From a virus (taxonomy: Duplodnaviria > Caudoviricetes), in the IMG/VR virus record IMGVR_UViG_3300013426_000014, positions 205,323 to 269,322 of that record: 64,000 bases of DNA, one strand, 5' to 3'. The translations under genes and the position numbers were made by a program. Of the stretch, positions 17,104 through 28,036 are shown one piece after another (within the stretch, counting starts at the first letter, position 1; each line of letters opens with the position of its first letter). The notes under the pieces were generated by a model, which was not told the origin of the DNA, ran no database searches, and saw only the letters and a list, made by a program, of their open reading frames with translations.

Positions 17104-17319
17104 GGATCATCCCATGTCCTTCTTCGGTGCAAGGACCTTGCCAGCGGGAACGGCCTTGTAAATCGCGGTTAAAGCGTGCGCGTTTTGGATCTCGCTGTAT
17201 TGAGCTTCGGGTAGGCTAGACCGGATATAATACATAAACCGGCGAATACGCGCGGCGTGACGGCGGGTGGATATAATCACCCGCGTACGTGGAAAGACCG
17301 CGATGCAGCGGGATGATTT
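17104..17319 (+). ncRNA. Candidate structured RNA of about 215 nt after tRNA-Arg
   Basis: ATCATCCC/GGGATGAT closing stem; ATCGCGGT/ACCGCGAT; GTCCTT/AAGGAC; GCGGGTG/CACCCGC. Confidence 0.55.
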
Positions 17320-17342
17320 TTTTGATTATAATTTTAATAGAT

Positions 17343-17735
17343 ATGGTTGTATTGAAATCTATTTTGTTTGTGATCGGAGCAATTATTGCTCTGATTGCGA
17401 TTGCCGGGACAGTGATGATGTTGTTTCACGTGCTATCGATGTGTGCGCATGACAAAGATTGTGATAATCTTGCGGCGGCAAATGATGTCGACATACCAGA
17501 ATCGGCGGAGGAATACAGGATCGGGACGGAAGAGCCGTATGATGTTATCAATCCGGTGCTGGTAAACAAAACAGTCGGTAATGTCGTTACGAATCCGAAT
17601 GATGACGGTCAGGATTCCGACGGCAATACGATGACAGTGTCGCCTGATGATAGCACAACAACAGTGGAGCCGGAGCCGCCTGTGAAAAAGAAAACCATGC
17701 GGAAGAAAAAGACAAGTGTCAATCCGGTCGAATAG
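17343..17735 (+). CDS. Membrane-anchored hypothetical protein
   Basis: N-terminal TM helix, acidic body, basic tail. Confidence 0.7.
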   Translation: MVVLKSILFVIGAIIALIAIAGTVMMLFHVLSMCAHDKDCDNLAAANDVDIPESAEEYRIGTEEPYDVINPVLVNKTVGNVVTNPNDDGQDSDGNTMTVSPDDSTTTVEPEPPVKKKTMRKKKTSVNPVE

Positions 17736-17840
17736 CCGGTTTCACAATGCCATTTTGATCCGGGACCGTGTGTTCCGGATTTTTATTAATATGCGGTCGG
17801 ATAGATATTTTCATATAATATACAGCAGACTTTTAATTTT

Positions 17841-18299
17841 ATGTTCAGGACAGAGAAAGGCGGCAGGGTAGAGGATCCGGCCGCATATGTCAAGGAATAC
17901 ATCAAATCCCGTCGGGGAACACCGGTACAGGTCATAATAGGCAGTGATTCACAGAATTACGGTCCTGTAACTTCATATGCTACCGTCATTGTGCTGTATG
18001 TTCCGGGTCATGGCGGTCATGTGCTGTATGAGCGCGACCGCAAGAAAAGAGAGATTTCCAACGCGGCTCGGCTGCTGAACGAGGTGTCGAGAAGCATCAC
18101 GACGGCGGATATGCTGAAGGCGGGCGGCGTCGGAAAGGTTGACTACATCGATATCGATATCAATCCGGATGACAGGTACAAGTCGAACGGCGTGTACGCC
18201 GCGGCGGTCGGTATGGTCCGCGGCATGGGGTATGAGTGTAGGTGTAAGACGCTGGGCGCCGCGGCGACGTATTGCGCCGACCGGGCAGCGAGACGTTAA
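17841..18299 (+). CDS. RNase H-like YkuK (DUF458) family protein
   Basis: IIGSDSQ, RLLNEV..S, IDIN, A.YCADR. Confidence 0.85.
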   Translation: MFRTEKGGRVEDPAAYVKEYIKSRRGTPVQVIIGSDSQNYGPVTSYATVIVLYVPGHGGHVLYERDRKKREISNAARLLNEVSRSITTADMLKAGGVGKVDYIDIDINPDDRYKSNGVYAAAVGMVRGMGYECRCKTLGAAATYCADRAARR

Positions 18300-18313
18300 A
18301 ATCGGATGACCGA

Positions 18314-18685
18314 ATGAACAGCAAACTATCTTCTGAATCTTTTGTTGTTTCCGGCCCGTCGTTTCGTTCGGGCGCGCGGCCGTCGTGGTGCCGAGTGAAA
18401 TACCCGTTTAATTCGGCTCCGTATCTCGACAATCATTTCTTGCGGATCGATACGGACGGATCGTTTCCTGATACAAATTGTCTGAAATGGCCGCAGTCGT
18501 TGCGTTTCGCCGCCAGCAGGTTTCATTATAACATGCGGACGGAGCATCATGCGCGGCTGACGGAAGACGTCCGGCTGTATCAGAGCACATGCATGAACTG
18601 TGTCTATTATGTCAGTAAATTCAATTATTCGCCGAAAGCGGTGATGCATCGCGCGAATCATCTGCTGAACGAGCTTGAATTTTAG
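18314..18685 (+). CDS. PxWC-family Cys-rich protein
   Basis: RPSWC...C...CMNC...FNY. Confidence 0.65.
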   Translation: MNSKLSSESFVVSGPSFRSGARPSWCRVKYPFNSAPYLDNHFLRIDTDGSFPDTNCLKWPQSLRFAASRFHYNMRTEHHARLTEDVRLYQSTCMNCVYYVSKFNYSPKAVMHRANHLLNELEF

Positions 18686-18823
18686 GCATAAATTCATCGG
18701 GGCGTAAAAATATTTCAGGAATCGTTTTCACGGTTCCTGATTTTTTGTTATATTCGTGTTATAATTGATGAATCATATGAAAGAAAGACATGACATACTA
18801 TATACAAAAGAGCGCCAATACCG

Positions 18824-19216
18824 GTGGTGCAGACGCACGATGTTGGGATGCCGTCATGGTGTCCGTTTCAAGGTCAGTGTATGATGCTAAGAACGATATT
18901 CGGTGGTCCACAAAGACATATACCGCTTTTGACCGAAAACGGAGCGGCCGCGGCCGTTGACCTGAAAGTAAAGGATGTTCGGCCGGCGGGAAAGAATTTC
19001 TGCATGTTTTGCGACGATGGAATACTATTTCACAAATCATTGAATTCATGCAGGGACACGCGGAAGTATAATGTCGCGAACATGACTGTCATCGGTATGC
19101 AAAAACTGACTGGCGGACGTCCCGGTGTATATGATTTCGCGGCGGTAAGGTATACCGCATATATCGGCCATGGCGAGAATCCAAAAGCGCTGTCACACAA
19201 AAGGAACGTTCATTGA
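18824..19216 (+). CDS. PxWC-family Cys-rich protein, ends uncertain
   Basis: MPSWC...C...CMFC...KYN. Confidence 0.6.
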   Translation: MVQTHDVGMPSWCPFQGQCMMLRTIFGGPQRHIPLLTENGAAAAVDLKVKDVRPAGKNFCMFCDDGILFHKSLNSCRDTRKYNVANMTVIGMQKLTGGRPGVYDFAAVRYTAYIGHGENPKALSHKRNVH

Positions 19217-19236
19217 TATATGAAAATGCGTGGTCA

Positions 19237-19677
19237 ATGAAGTCAAGAATGAAGTCAGGAAAAGATAGTCAATACAAGGAAAGCATGTTTATGATGAATA
19301 AAGGAAAAACAAGTAAGAATGGTTATGATATAAAATCATTGCCGACTTATATGTGGTGCGATCTCGCCGCCCGGGGACTTATGTGCTGGAAACGTCTGAA
19401 CGGCGAACGTAACGCGAAAGGACTGTATATGACGCAATGCATTCGGTGTAATCATATACGGAAGTCATCTGAACAGTATGACCCGCGGATGGCGAGGTTG
19501 ACATCCGGTTGGAATATGATGTATAATATTCGGCATTTCTGTATACAAGGCATGTCTGGCAGGTACACGGTACCGGATATCAATGTGTATGGATACAGTT
19601 CGCCGCATCCGGGATGGACGAGACTTGTTTCGGTCCCGCCGCGACATGGATGGCATAAGGGCAACATATCAGATTGA
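19237..19677 (+). CDS. PxWC-family Cys-rich protein
   Basis: MWC...C...YMTQCIRC. Confidence 0.65.
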   Translation: MKSRMKSGKDSQYKESMFMMNKGKTSKNGYDIKSLPTYMWCDLAARGLMCWKRLNGERNAKGLYMTQCIRCNHIRKSSEQYDPRMARLTSGWNMMYNIRHFCIQGMSGRYTVPDINVYGYSSPHPGWTRLVSVPPRHGWHKGNISD

Positions 19678-19697
19678 ATAACAATTGAAATATATAA

Positions 19698-20021
19698 ATG
19701 AACAACCAAGGTAAACCGACATTTCCGATGTCGGTGAATCAGCCGAAATACTGCAGATTCGGCAAGTACTGCTGGGACAAATCTAAGCAGTACAAATGTC
19801 TTGTTCCCACCGCGCGCTGCAGGTCGATGTGGGTGTCGTCATATGACGCGTGCATGAAATATTGCGGTCGGGAATTGGCCATCATTTTGCACGGCAGGCT
19901 GGATTATGACAATGTCGAGACGTCATTGCTCACCATGTCGCATTATGCCGAAATGGTTTATAATCCGTATCAGGTAATCGGCAAATGCAAGATCCTGATG
20001 AAAAAGGATGTTCACACATAA
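19698..20021 (+). CDS. PxWC-family Cys-rich protein
   Basis: PKYC...C...CMKYC. Confidence 0.6.
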   Translation: MNNQGKPTFPMSVNQPKYCRFGKYCWDKSKQYKCLVPTARCRSMWVSSYDACMKYCGRELAIILHGRLDYDNVETSLLTMSHYAEMVYNPYQVIGKCKILMKKDVHT

Positions 20022-20502
20022 ACATATTATAAAGGTTAAAATAAAAGCGTATAAAGATATGGGAATTGTTGATTCCGGCTCACGGTTAAAAGTGAAAGGC
20101 AGGTCATCCGCGCCGACCAGATTCAGAAAAGTGCGAAACATATTGAACAATTTATTCTATATGCCTGCGTGGTGTGCCAAACCAGTGGAGAAGATTTATC
20201 CGTTCGTGATGTGTGCGCAAATGCAGAATGACAACGCGTTCGGCAGATGCATTGCGTTCGATGATGACATGTCGGGACCCCGCTGCCGGCCGACGAGATA
20301 TACCGAATGCATGTCGACCAGATGTATGTATGTGCGCGGGCTGTATCACGGTGTTGCGATGTCCCGTTATATCAGAACATTTATGAAAAATATATATAGA
20401 CCAGACCTGAACACGGCGTATATAAAATTTAATCAAAGGTTGTTTGATTTATATGAGCTGCGTTCCGCGCAATGGCATAAAGGAAACGGTGAAAATGAAT
20501 AA
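20008..20502 (+). CDS. PxWC-family Cys-rich protein
   Basis: MPAWC...C...RPTRYTEC. Confidence 0.7.
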   Translation: MFTHKHIIKVKIKAYKDMGIVDSGSRLKVKGRSSAPTRFRKVRNILNNLFYMPAWCAKPVEKIYPFVMCAQMQNDNAFGRCIAFDDDMSGPRCRPTRYTECMSTRCMYVRGLYHGVAMSRYIRTFMKNIYRPDLNTAYIKFNQRLFDLYELRSAQWHKGNGENE

Positions 20503-20992
20503 TCCTATGTTCGACATGCATGAAATCACGTTCAAACCGCCGAAAGGACGAATCCGGAAGGGAATGCGTATCGTCCAGAGGTCACGGCATAATAATGATC
20601 CGATTTTCATGCCAGAATGGTGCGCGTACGCGTCCCACGGGATTTACAACAGGTTCACGCAATGCACACAGATAACACATGACACCATGTACGCGCTCGG
20701 CGGTGGATCTGAACATTCTTTCACGCGTCCGACGAGATACACACAATGCGTTTTTCAACGTATGAATGGAATTTTATATACATGTCTGAATGTGAAAGGC
20801 GGCGTATATAAAGGTTACACGACCGCGAAAATCGTGAAAGACTGTATGACAAAGATTATGATAAACGAAGAAGATGAAACTGGGATGAACGGAGTTATCT
20901 TGATGACAAATTATGCGCGATCATTAAATCATACCTTGGAATATTATAACTTATCCGGCGCGTCATGGAAAGCCGGAACAAATAATGAATAG
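20495..20992 (+). CDS. PxWC-family Cys-rich protein
   Basis: MPEWC...C...RPTRYTQC...GGVYKG. Confidence 0.7.
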   Translation: MNNPMFDMHEITFKPPKGRIRKGMRIVQRSRHNNDPIFMPEWCAYASHGIYNRFTQCTQITHDTMYALGGGSEHSFTRPTRYTQCVFQRMNGILYTCLNVKGGVYKGYTTAKIVKDCMTKIMINEEDETGMNGVILMTNYARSLNHTLEYYNLSGASWKAGTNNE

Positions 20993-21266
20993 ATGGCGAC
21001 AATACATAAAATCGGCAAAATGAAATGGTCGACCGAACGGCCGCGTTGGTGTGGCATGTCCGGGATTGTTCGGCATAAATGCGAACTGACCGAATGTAGT
21101 GTATGCAAATATGATTGATCATAATATAATATCTGAAATGTGGCCGTCGGAGATTAATTTTTGTATGAAAATAAGATGTGTCAATTTCGCGTTTCCGTCG
21201 GTATTTCAGATACGGGATGATCTTGAACATATATTCCGCATATCAAAGTTACGGGATAATCTTTAG
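20993..21266 (+). pseudogene. Frameshifted PxWC-family gene
   Basis: RPRWC half in one frame; MWPSEINFC half, matching 21282-21521, in another. Confidence 0.55.
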
Positions 21267-21281
21267 ATAAGTACGAAATAA

Positions 21282-21521
21282 ATGGTGACCAGTAGACCTG
21301 TATTTTGCAAGTGCCGCGACACTTATTGCAAGCGCATGAAACGTATCTTCATCGAGACGTATCCTTTCCGTATCACAGACACGGATATATGGCCAAATAA
21401 AATCAGTTTCTGCATACATGAATGCTGCATGAATCTGAACCGTTTACCGTCGCCGTATATGGTCATGTACAGGGCAAGAAATTTATTAAATGCATATCCT
21501 ATAAAAACAGGCAGGATTTAA
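21282..21521 (+). CDS. PxWC-family small protein
   Basis: RPVFC...C...CIHECC; HRA/YRA tail like 18314. Confidence 0.6.
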   Translation: MVTSRPVFCKCRDTYCKRMKRIFIETYPFRITDTDIWPNKISFCIHECCMNLNRLPSPYMVMYRARNLLNAYPIKTGRI

Positions 21522-21781
21522 TCAGATAACAGTATCATATCCATAAGTAATGTCAAAGCAAAAGCAAGATAAATTCAATGTGCCGATGGTCAGACAGCTG
21601 AATTTTTGCGTGCGGACCGACGGAAAAAATGTCGTTAGCTGATATACGCCAGATGGCATTTCCGTTATCATTGGAATCCGAATTGAACAGATTCTCGTTA
21701 CGGCCCGGCGTCATGTGGTCATATCATTTGTCTTCGACATATGGTCTTTGACATATAGTGATATAGCATATATTAAATGAA

Positions 21782-22075
21782 ATGAACGATAATATTCCAG
21801 ACAATCAAATCTGTCAAGTCACAAGTTCAGTTAGTCGGCAAAAACCAAAATGGTGCGGATCGACACATTGTATCGCATTGACACATTGTATCGCGATAAT
21901 GGCAAAAGAGTGTCGTGACGGGTTTTTTAGATACAAAAATATATGTGACACTATATGTATGGGATGTATAAAAACATATTCGGGCAAATTTATACAAAAC
22001 AATATACGCAGGACAATATTTTGGTATATGAACAAGAGAACGACGAAAACGATGAGTGAGAACTTGTTGAAATAA
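21782..22075 (+). CDS. PxWC-family small protein
   Basis: KPKWC...C...CMGC. Confidence 0.6.
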   Translation: MNDNIPDNQICQVTSSVSRQKPKWCGSTHCIALTHCIAIMAKECRDGFFRYKNICDTICMGCIKTYSGKFIQNNIRRTIFWYMNKRTTKTMSENLLK

Positions 22076-22182
22076 TAATTTCGGAACTGTTCGTGTTAGA
22101 TTTGCGATTCATGACAAAGCCGTATGATTGGATATATTTTTATAAAAAATGTATAAGTCAGTTTTTTCTGATTAATAATTAT

Positions 22183-22250
22183 ATGAAACGCTTTCGTGAA
22201 GTACAAGAAGGATTCGGCATGACATGTCAGGAATGTCAGATATAAAAGCG
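22183..22250 (+). pseudogene. Decayed FD-motif leader
   Basis: MKRFREVQEGF then DMSGMSDI in a shifted frame; similar to 4142. Confidence 0.5.
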
Positions 22251-22405
22251 AAAGATGCCATGCCAGTATTATTCATAATCGGATGACGATTGATAGTTCA
22301 GATGATTAATATGACGACGTGTACACGTGTACACAACATAATAAAACCATCAAAATAAAAATTCAGGAATGTCAATGTTCCTGAAATTTTTATTATATTT
22401 GTATT

Positions 22406-22762
22406 ATGAATGATAATGATATTATAAGGCATGGAGCAAGTTCATTTGACGAGCTTGCTGGATGGTGCAGACTTTCTATGATAAGTCGGAACAAGACGTA
22501 TCCGTGCATCCCGATGATGAAAATCAGTAGGGGGCAGACCGTGTTCATGATGAACGCGGAATGCATCCGGTGCGCGCACAGGATGCAATTTAAGCAAGAT
22601 TTTTTGAGGGCCGGATGGACGCGGATATATGGCGTCAATAAGAATAATCTTTTTTTGAGAACATGCGTTCCTATTCCAGCCGTCAAATCTATGGAATCTA
22701 TGGGACGGAATATTATAAACATAGACAAGTCAGGTGGATGGCATATCAGTATACATGATTAA
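22406..22762 (+). CDS. PxWC-family protein
   Basis: GWC...C...ECIRC; promoter at 22394. Confidence 0.6.
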   Translation: MNDNDIIRHGASSFDELAGWCRLSMISRNKTYPCIPMMKISRGQTVFMMNAECIRCAHRMQFKQDFLRAGWTRIYGVNKNNLFLRTCVPIPAVKSMESMGRNIINIDKSGGWHISIHD

Positions 22763-22768
22763 ATATGA

Positions 22769-23893
22769 ATGATGAACTGATATAATTCTTATAATATTCC
22801 ATTGTCGGAAGGTTTTGACATGTCGAACATGTCGGATTCTGACTATACCGACACATTCGCCGACGCGGACAACAACGCTGTGCGTGACGCTGCGGTGAAC
22901 GCATTTATCGCGGCCTGTGTCGAAGCGAATGACGAATCGGTCAAACTACAGTCCGGTAAATATTGTCTCGCTCAGATACAATTTTGTTCAAACGCAGAAA
23001 AATGAAAGGGATTTGAATATCAAGGTATATTAAGATATCCGTCAGATGATAGGATCGTGAATATCGATGAGGACGGTTTACGTGCGATCACCAGGGCGGA
23101 ATATGATACTGACGGTATTCAGATTATCATTGATCCGGAAAAAGTCGGGCAATTGCCTGGACGGATTTACAGTCTGAGCTTACGCATCGGATCCGGAATT
23201 AAATTTCCTATAGAGTGATCATCGATTTCATTATCCGGCCGTGATGTAGGCAGGAAGTACGCGCTTAAATTGTCTGTGATTCCGTCTTCCGACAGAAAAT
23301 TGTCATGTATGCCGAAACGGGTTGTCGGTAATTTCATACTTTTGGCGTCAGAAGGTCCGGTCGGACTGTATAGACATCCGATGAAATCATACGATGGATG
23401 CCCGGAATATGTTGCAGGTAATTGCACAATCGAATATGGGGCATGATGTAAGGATCCATTCCCACGTGATTTTACAGGATGTCCAAAATATGTCGGCGGT
23501 AATTTTACGGTATTGCTGAATCCATATAATGGCGCGGACTCGTTTCATAAAACGTTCGAGTCCGGCACTGGACTGCCTATTGAAATCGGAGGTCATGCAG
23601 ATCTTCAATACATACGGGATCTTGTTAAAAGGTCAAAGAATGGCGGGCTGATATCTTTATGTCCAGATGGGATGCGAAGGAGTTGAAAGTCATGCACATT
23701 GTTCATACCGTATAATAATTATTATGAAGTCCGTACAAACGGAAAATACAAGGGCGTTCCTATTGACGATAAGGTCGCGGGTAAAAAGCTTAACATAGAT
23801 GACGGCAAAATCAGTATATTGCTTGATGACATCAATATATCAGATAAAGCATGGATTGTTTATTTCACTCCCGGATTATCAAGAAAGCGTTAA
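22769..23893 (+). CDS. FD-motif family LRR-like protein (5 TGA=Trp)
   Basis: Single frame interrupted only by TGA; LSEGFDMSNMSDSDYTDTF; GCP.YV.GN repeats. Confidence 0.85.
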
Positions 23894-23903
23894 TAAATTG
23901 ATT

Positions 23904-25280
23904 ATGAAACTATATAACATTAAATCTGGATTGAATTTATCAAATCAAAGGATAACTGAGGATTTTGATCTGTCCAGAGAAGATGACGCAGACTGAACCG
24001 ACGCCATGTCGGACTCCGATGATGAAGCGATGGAGTTTTATACGTTTGTCACGACATTAAGATCTGCTGTACAACTATATGTACAGAACGAGGATGGTAA
24101 AGCTGTATATAAAAAAGGAACGGATCCGTCGCTCGATATATTGTTCAAAACATCTGTGACTGGAACAAACGCGGATGGATATGACGTGCGGTTGTTTTCT
24201 TGTCCGGCTGCTAATCAACTACTTTCGAGTATACATGGCAGAGCCGCTGCCGAAAATATGTATAATACCCACAGTGAACATACTTATATAGTAAGAGCAC
24301 GGCAGGTGCTGATCTGTCTGGATCTTTCCGCCCTGCCGGCGAATTTTCCGGTATGACGTCTTCCTCGACAGAAGGTTGATGGTTTCAATGTCATGCATAT
24401 GTTATATGTAATACCGTCTGCAGACGGCTCTTTACGTGGGATGCCGGAATTTATTGCCGGTAATGTATATATAGGCAAAGAGGAAGAAGAGAAAGAGGAA
24501 GAAGTTGGACCATTGGAAAAAGAGATATTATGACCAATGGATGCATCAGTGCGTCCAGTTCGGTCGATGACAGGATCGCCGCAAATAGTTGAAGGCAATT
24601 TCCGGGCGGTTATTATATGTCCTGATTCCAGTATGGTATCGTCTGATATTCTGAACGGATCACCGAAATGGGTTACTGGAATTTTTAGAATTATAGGGTT
24701 AAACAGGATTGATTGACCGGCATATAACTCATTTCTGTGAGATTCGGACGGTGCCATCCGGCCGGCGTTCACAGATGGTGTAAGCCGGATGTACGGTCAA
24801 ATTTACATAGACATACTGCATCCGGGTGTTGATTCATCAGCAATAGATTTATCAACAATAAAATCAGATGAGCGAACAAAGTGAACAGATTATATAGAGT
24901 TTGAACAATACAGTTATCGTTGTAGACTAACACATATAATGTTTCCTGATACTATTGTATTAGGTTGCATATGACATATTAAAATATATGGAGATCCAGA
25001 TGATACGGCACGATGATTGAAGAAAATCAATATTGATACACGAATTAACGAAGGTTTCGACATGTCGGATATGTCAGATATCGACTATACTGAAACGTTC
25101 GCGGACGCGGATCATGAGGCGCAGATGGTCAATAACTTTCTTAACGCGTTGTCGCACGATATCATTGAACTCGCACCGTTTTCAATGATATATCACAATC
25201 CGGAGTACCGACAGTTTACAGCGAAATCTACCGGAAGGATCAAATCACGTGCCGCCGCGAAAAAGTCGTCAGTATGATAG
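23904..25280 (+). CDS. FD-motif family protein running into a second unit (about 9 TGA)
   Basis: DAD*TDAMSD matches ENDWTDTMSD; SFL*D..PAFTDGVSR matches SFLWD..PAFTDGVSR; TAR*LKKINIDTRINEGFD. Confidence 0.8.
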
Positions 25281-25909
25281 GGCATGCTCGCTACATAGAC
25301 GGCGAGGTCATATATACCATGTCACCGTTACATAATTGAGAAGTGACGGTCGATTTGTCTCGGAACTGCTTGCGTGATTTTGTTTTGAACGGCGGCAGAT
25401 GACGGCGGGAAGCTCCCGATCCGGATCCCGAAGATCAATTTTACCACATGCATGTCATACCCGGACTGGCCGGTGATTTGACAGGATGCCCGGCTTATAC
25501 AGACGCGTATTTCACTGTTGATGATAACGATGGTCGTCTGACATCGCTGTACGGCGCGCCGGAATGAGCGGACCGTGATTTTGAGTACATATATCAAGGT
25601 GATGAGTGACTGGGTAAACATAATTACACCTACATGATGGGTCCTTTGCAGTCGCTTGAATGATCACCTGAATATGTTGGCGGCACATTCTGGATACAGG
25701 GAGCGAATCTGACAGATCTGACTGGCATGCCGGCGAAAGTTACCGGACAGGTGAGAATCAAAGATTCTATGATGCCGGAAATTTACGCGGGATTAAACTG
25801 TGGTGGTGACAGCGTGCCGCCGGAACTGCTGCCTACCGGGCGATGCGCGATAACAGTAAGGAATCCGTGCGACATGGGAGCACCGTTCAGGATATGGTCG
25901 TCAATTTAA
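25274..25909 (+). CDS. C-terminal LRR-like part of an FD-motif unit, -1 frame (5 TGA)
   Basis: LTGCP, SLYGAPE, LTGMP repeats; only TGA interruptions. Confidence 0.7.
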
Positions 25910-25938
25910 TAGGATAAAACAATTTAATAGGATAAAAC
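25903..25938. repeat. 18-bp direct tandem repeat x2
   Basis: AATTTAATAGGATAAAAC twice. Confidence 0.9.
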
Positions 25939-25954
25939 AAATAATAAAGACTAT

Positions 25955-26923
25955 ATGTTGTCATTAAACGAAGATTTTGACTTTACCGATATGTCGGATA
26001 CCGATTACACAAATACATTCGCCGATATCGATGAATCCGCGGAAAAAGAAAAGGCTTTACAGGATGCGTTCTGAACAGATTATGTGCCATGCTACCGTGA
26101 TTATCCGTCTGTGACAGTGATATGTAAGAGCAAAAATGATATTCCGGAATTATCCGTCACAATAGTGGACAATCCGTATTGAAATCCTGCTATTATTCTG
26201 GATTTGGCGCGTGGCGGATTTGCCGGTTTCATTAAAAAATATGGTGATTATATTATTCGCGGCGGCAAATCCGGATCTATAGCAGGTACGGTATCACGTC
26301 TATTATTACAATTCATCCCGACATCAGACTTTAACCTTATCGGAGCACCGGTAGAGACAATCGGGTTGAATGTTTGTATCGGCAAGAATGACCGTACTAC
26401 TGGCCCGGCTCTCCAAAAATATGATCCCCGCGTCGCAATTCGTTCATATCAGCTGAACTCATTAGACGGATGCCCGCGCCGGATTACCCGCGGAAATTTC
26501 AATATCACCAATTGTCCAAATCTAAATTCGTTAAAAGGATCGCCGGAACACATCGATTATAATATGTCTGTTCGTAAATGTGGAGGGGAACGCATAAAAA
26601 ATTTAGACGGTATGCCAGAATATATCGGCGGAACATTTTATTCAATTAAATCTATACAGCCGGTCGGGCATGATCCAGACACAGGTGAATGACGGCGGCT
26701 GCTGACAACTGGAACAGTGCAAGTCGGTGGTATCACCATATTGAATACCATACCGGCGGAGCCGAGCTACGACATCACATCTAATGACGCAAAAAATCCG
26801 AAAAGCAAAGCAGGTAAGGTATACAAAATGGTAACAGCTGGAATCACCAGTCATACCGGCGCGGATATTGTCAAAGGATCTGTTGAAGTTGACACATCAA
26901 TTCCGATCAATGAGATAAGATAA
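25955..26923 (+). CDS. FD-motif family LRR-like protein (3 TGA=Trp)
   Basis: MLSLNEDFDFTDMSDTDYTNTF; joins ORFs 26204 and 26717. Confidence 0.85.
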
Positions 26924-26947
26924 TAGTATGACACATATACAGTCAAT

Positions 26948-26992
26948 TAAAAAAATGTCATGTATGATATGATATCAACATGACATTTTTTA
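26948..26992. terminator. Bidirectional terminator at the strand convergence point
   Basis: A-tract TGTCATGT...ACATGACA T-tract. Confidence 0.8.
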
Positions 26993-27011
26993 TTACAGAT
27001 TGAGGTGTTGA

Positions 27012-27863
27012 TTAATTTTTTAGATATGTAAACGGCTCAACCTTTCCTGTTTTTGTGTCATTCCACATATGTGTGACGAGGATCCAGTCACCGGCGGACC
27101 ATCTCACTCCGGTCCTGCCTTTTCGTCCAAACCACCGCCGCCATACTTTGTACATGACATCATCGTCCTGCTTGACATCTTGTGACTTATGCAGGATATT
27201 GAGCTCTTTTCCCGGTGATGATTTCCATCCGTCATTGTCTACTTTGTTTCTGTCTATAAATGTCGCGTGCGCGTGTTTTCCGTCAACAAGATTTATGATC
27301 CTGCATAAAAGTTTTCCCCATAATGTATTGACAGCATCTGTCATTTTTTCAGCCAATGGGCTGGATATTCTGTAGTACCACCAGTGGTGGAATAACCAGC
27401 GCAACAGACTTTCTGACTTTCCGTCCCATACCTCATAATAGTATTTTGCAAGGGCAAATGACGGATTTCTTTTTATCAGCCAGACATGATTCTTGAACGA
27501 CCGCGTGATAAAAAACAAATCATCTTTCCGTTTATCGGAATCCCAGTCTGACGTGAAGCCGGTGAACGCTTTCATCGTCTCGAGCACCGGTGATCTGTTC
27601 GGCTTGAACTTATCAATCAAGTCGTCATGCTGTCCGAACAGCTCTATCATATACGCGGGATCACCGGATTCTGTTTTCGTGTCGGTGATCCACATACCGA
27701 ATGTCCACCTTTTTATCCCGCGGATTTTGAATATCGTCACAGCGTCCTCGCCCAGGTCGAATATGAAATACCCGTTTCCGGTACTGACATTCACCGGCGT
27801 CAACCCGTCATCCGTCAGTGACATGAATATTGTATCACGGATTTCTTTTTTTGTCGTTTTCAT
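27012..27863 (-). CDS. Hypothetical Trp-rich protein
   Basis: Long ORF after promoter 27883; all Trp encoded by TGG. Confidence 0.75.
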   Translation of the reverse strand: MKTTKKEIRDTIFMSLTDDGLTPVNVSTGNGYFIFDLGEDAVTIFKIRGIKRWTFGMWITDTKTESGDPAYMIELFGQHDDLIDKFKPNRSPVLETMKAFTGFTSDWDSDKRKDDLFFITRSFKNHVWLIKRNPSFALAKYYYEVWDGKSESLLRWLFHHWWYYRISSPLAEKMTDAVNTLWGKLLCRIINLVDGKHAHATFIDRNKVDNDGWKSSPGKELNILHKSQDVKQDDDVMYKVWRRWFGRKGRTGVRWSAGDWILVTHMWNDTKTGKVEPFTYLKN

Positions 27864-28036
27864 GATATCGTATTTTAATATGCAAATATAATAAAAAATA
27901 TTAAAATAAAAAACTTTAACAGAAAAACAGATAACGTGATATGACAAAAAATGAACTATATAATGTTAGATAACGTCATCAAATATAAAACCCACTGATA
28001 TATATCAGTGGGTTTTTTAGAAGGAATGCTATATGA

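Noticed and set aside
4270-26923. FD-motif genes as TGG>TGA pseudogenes
   Set aside because: Interruptions are almost exclusively TGA, fall at Trp columns where alignable, frames stay intact, and a UCA tRNA is present
22769-26923. Diversity-generating retroelement behind the paralog diversity
   Set aside because: No reverse transcriptase and no near-identical TR/VR pair with adenine-specific differences seen
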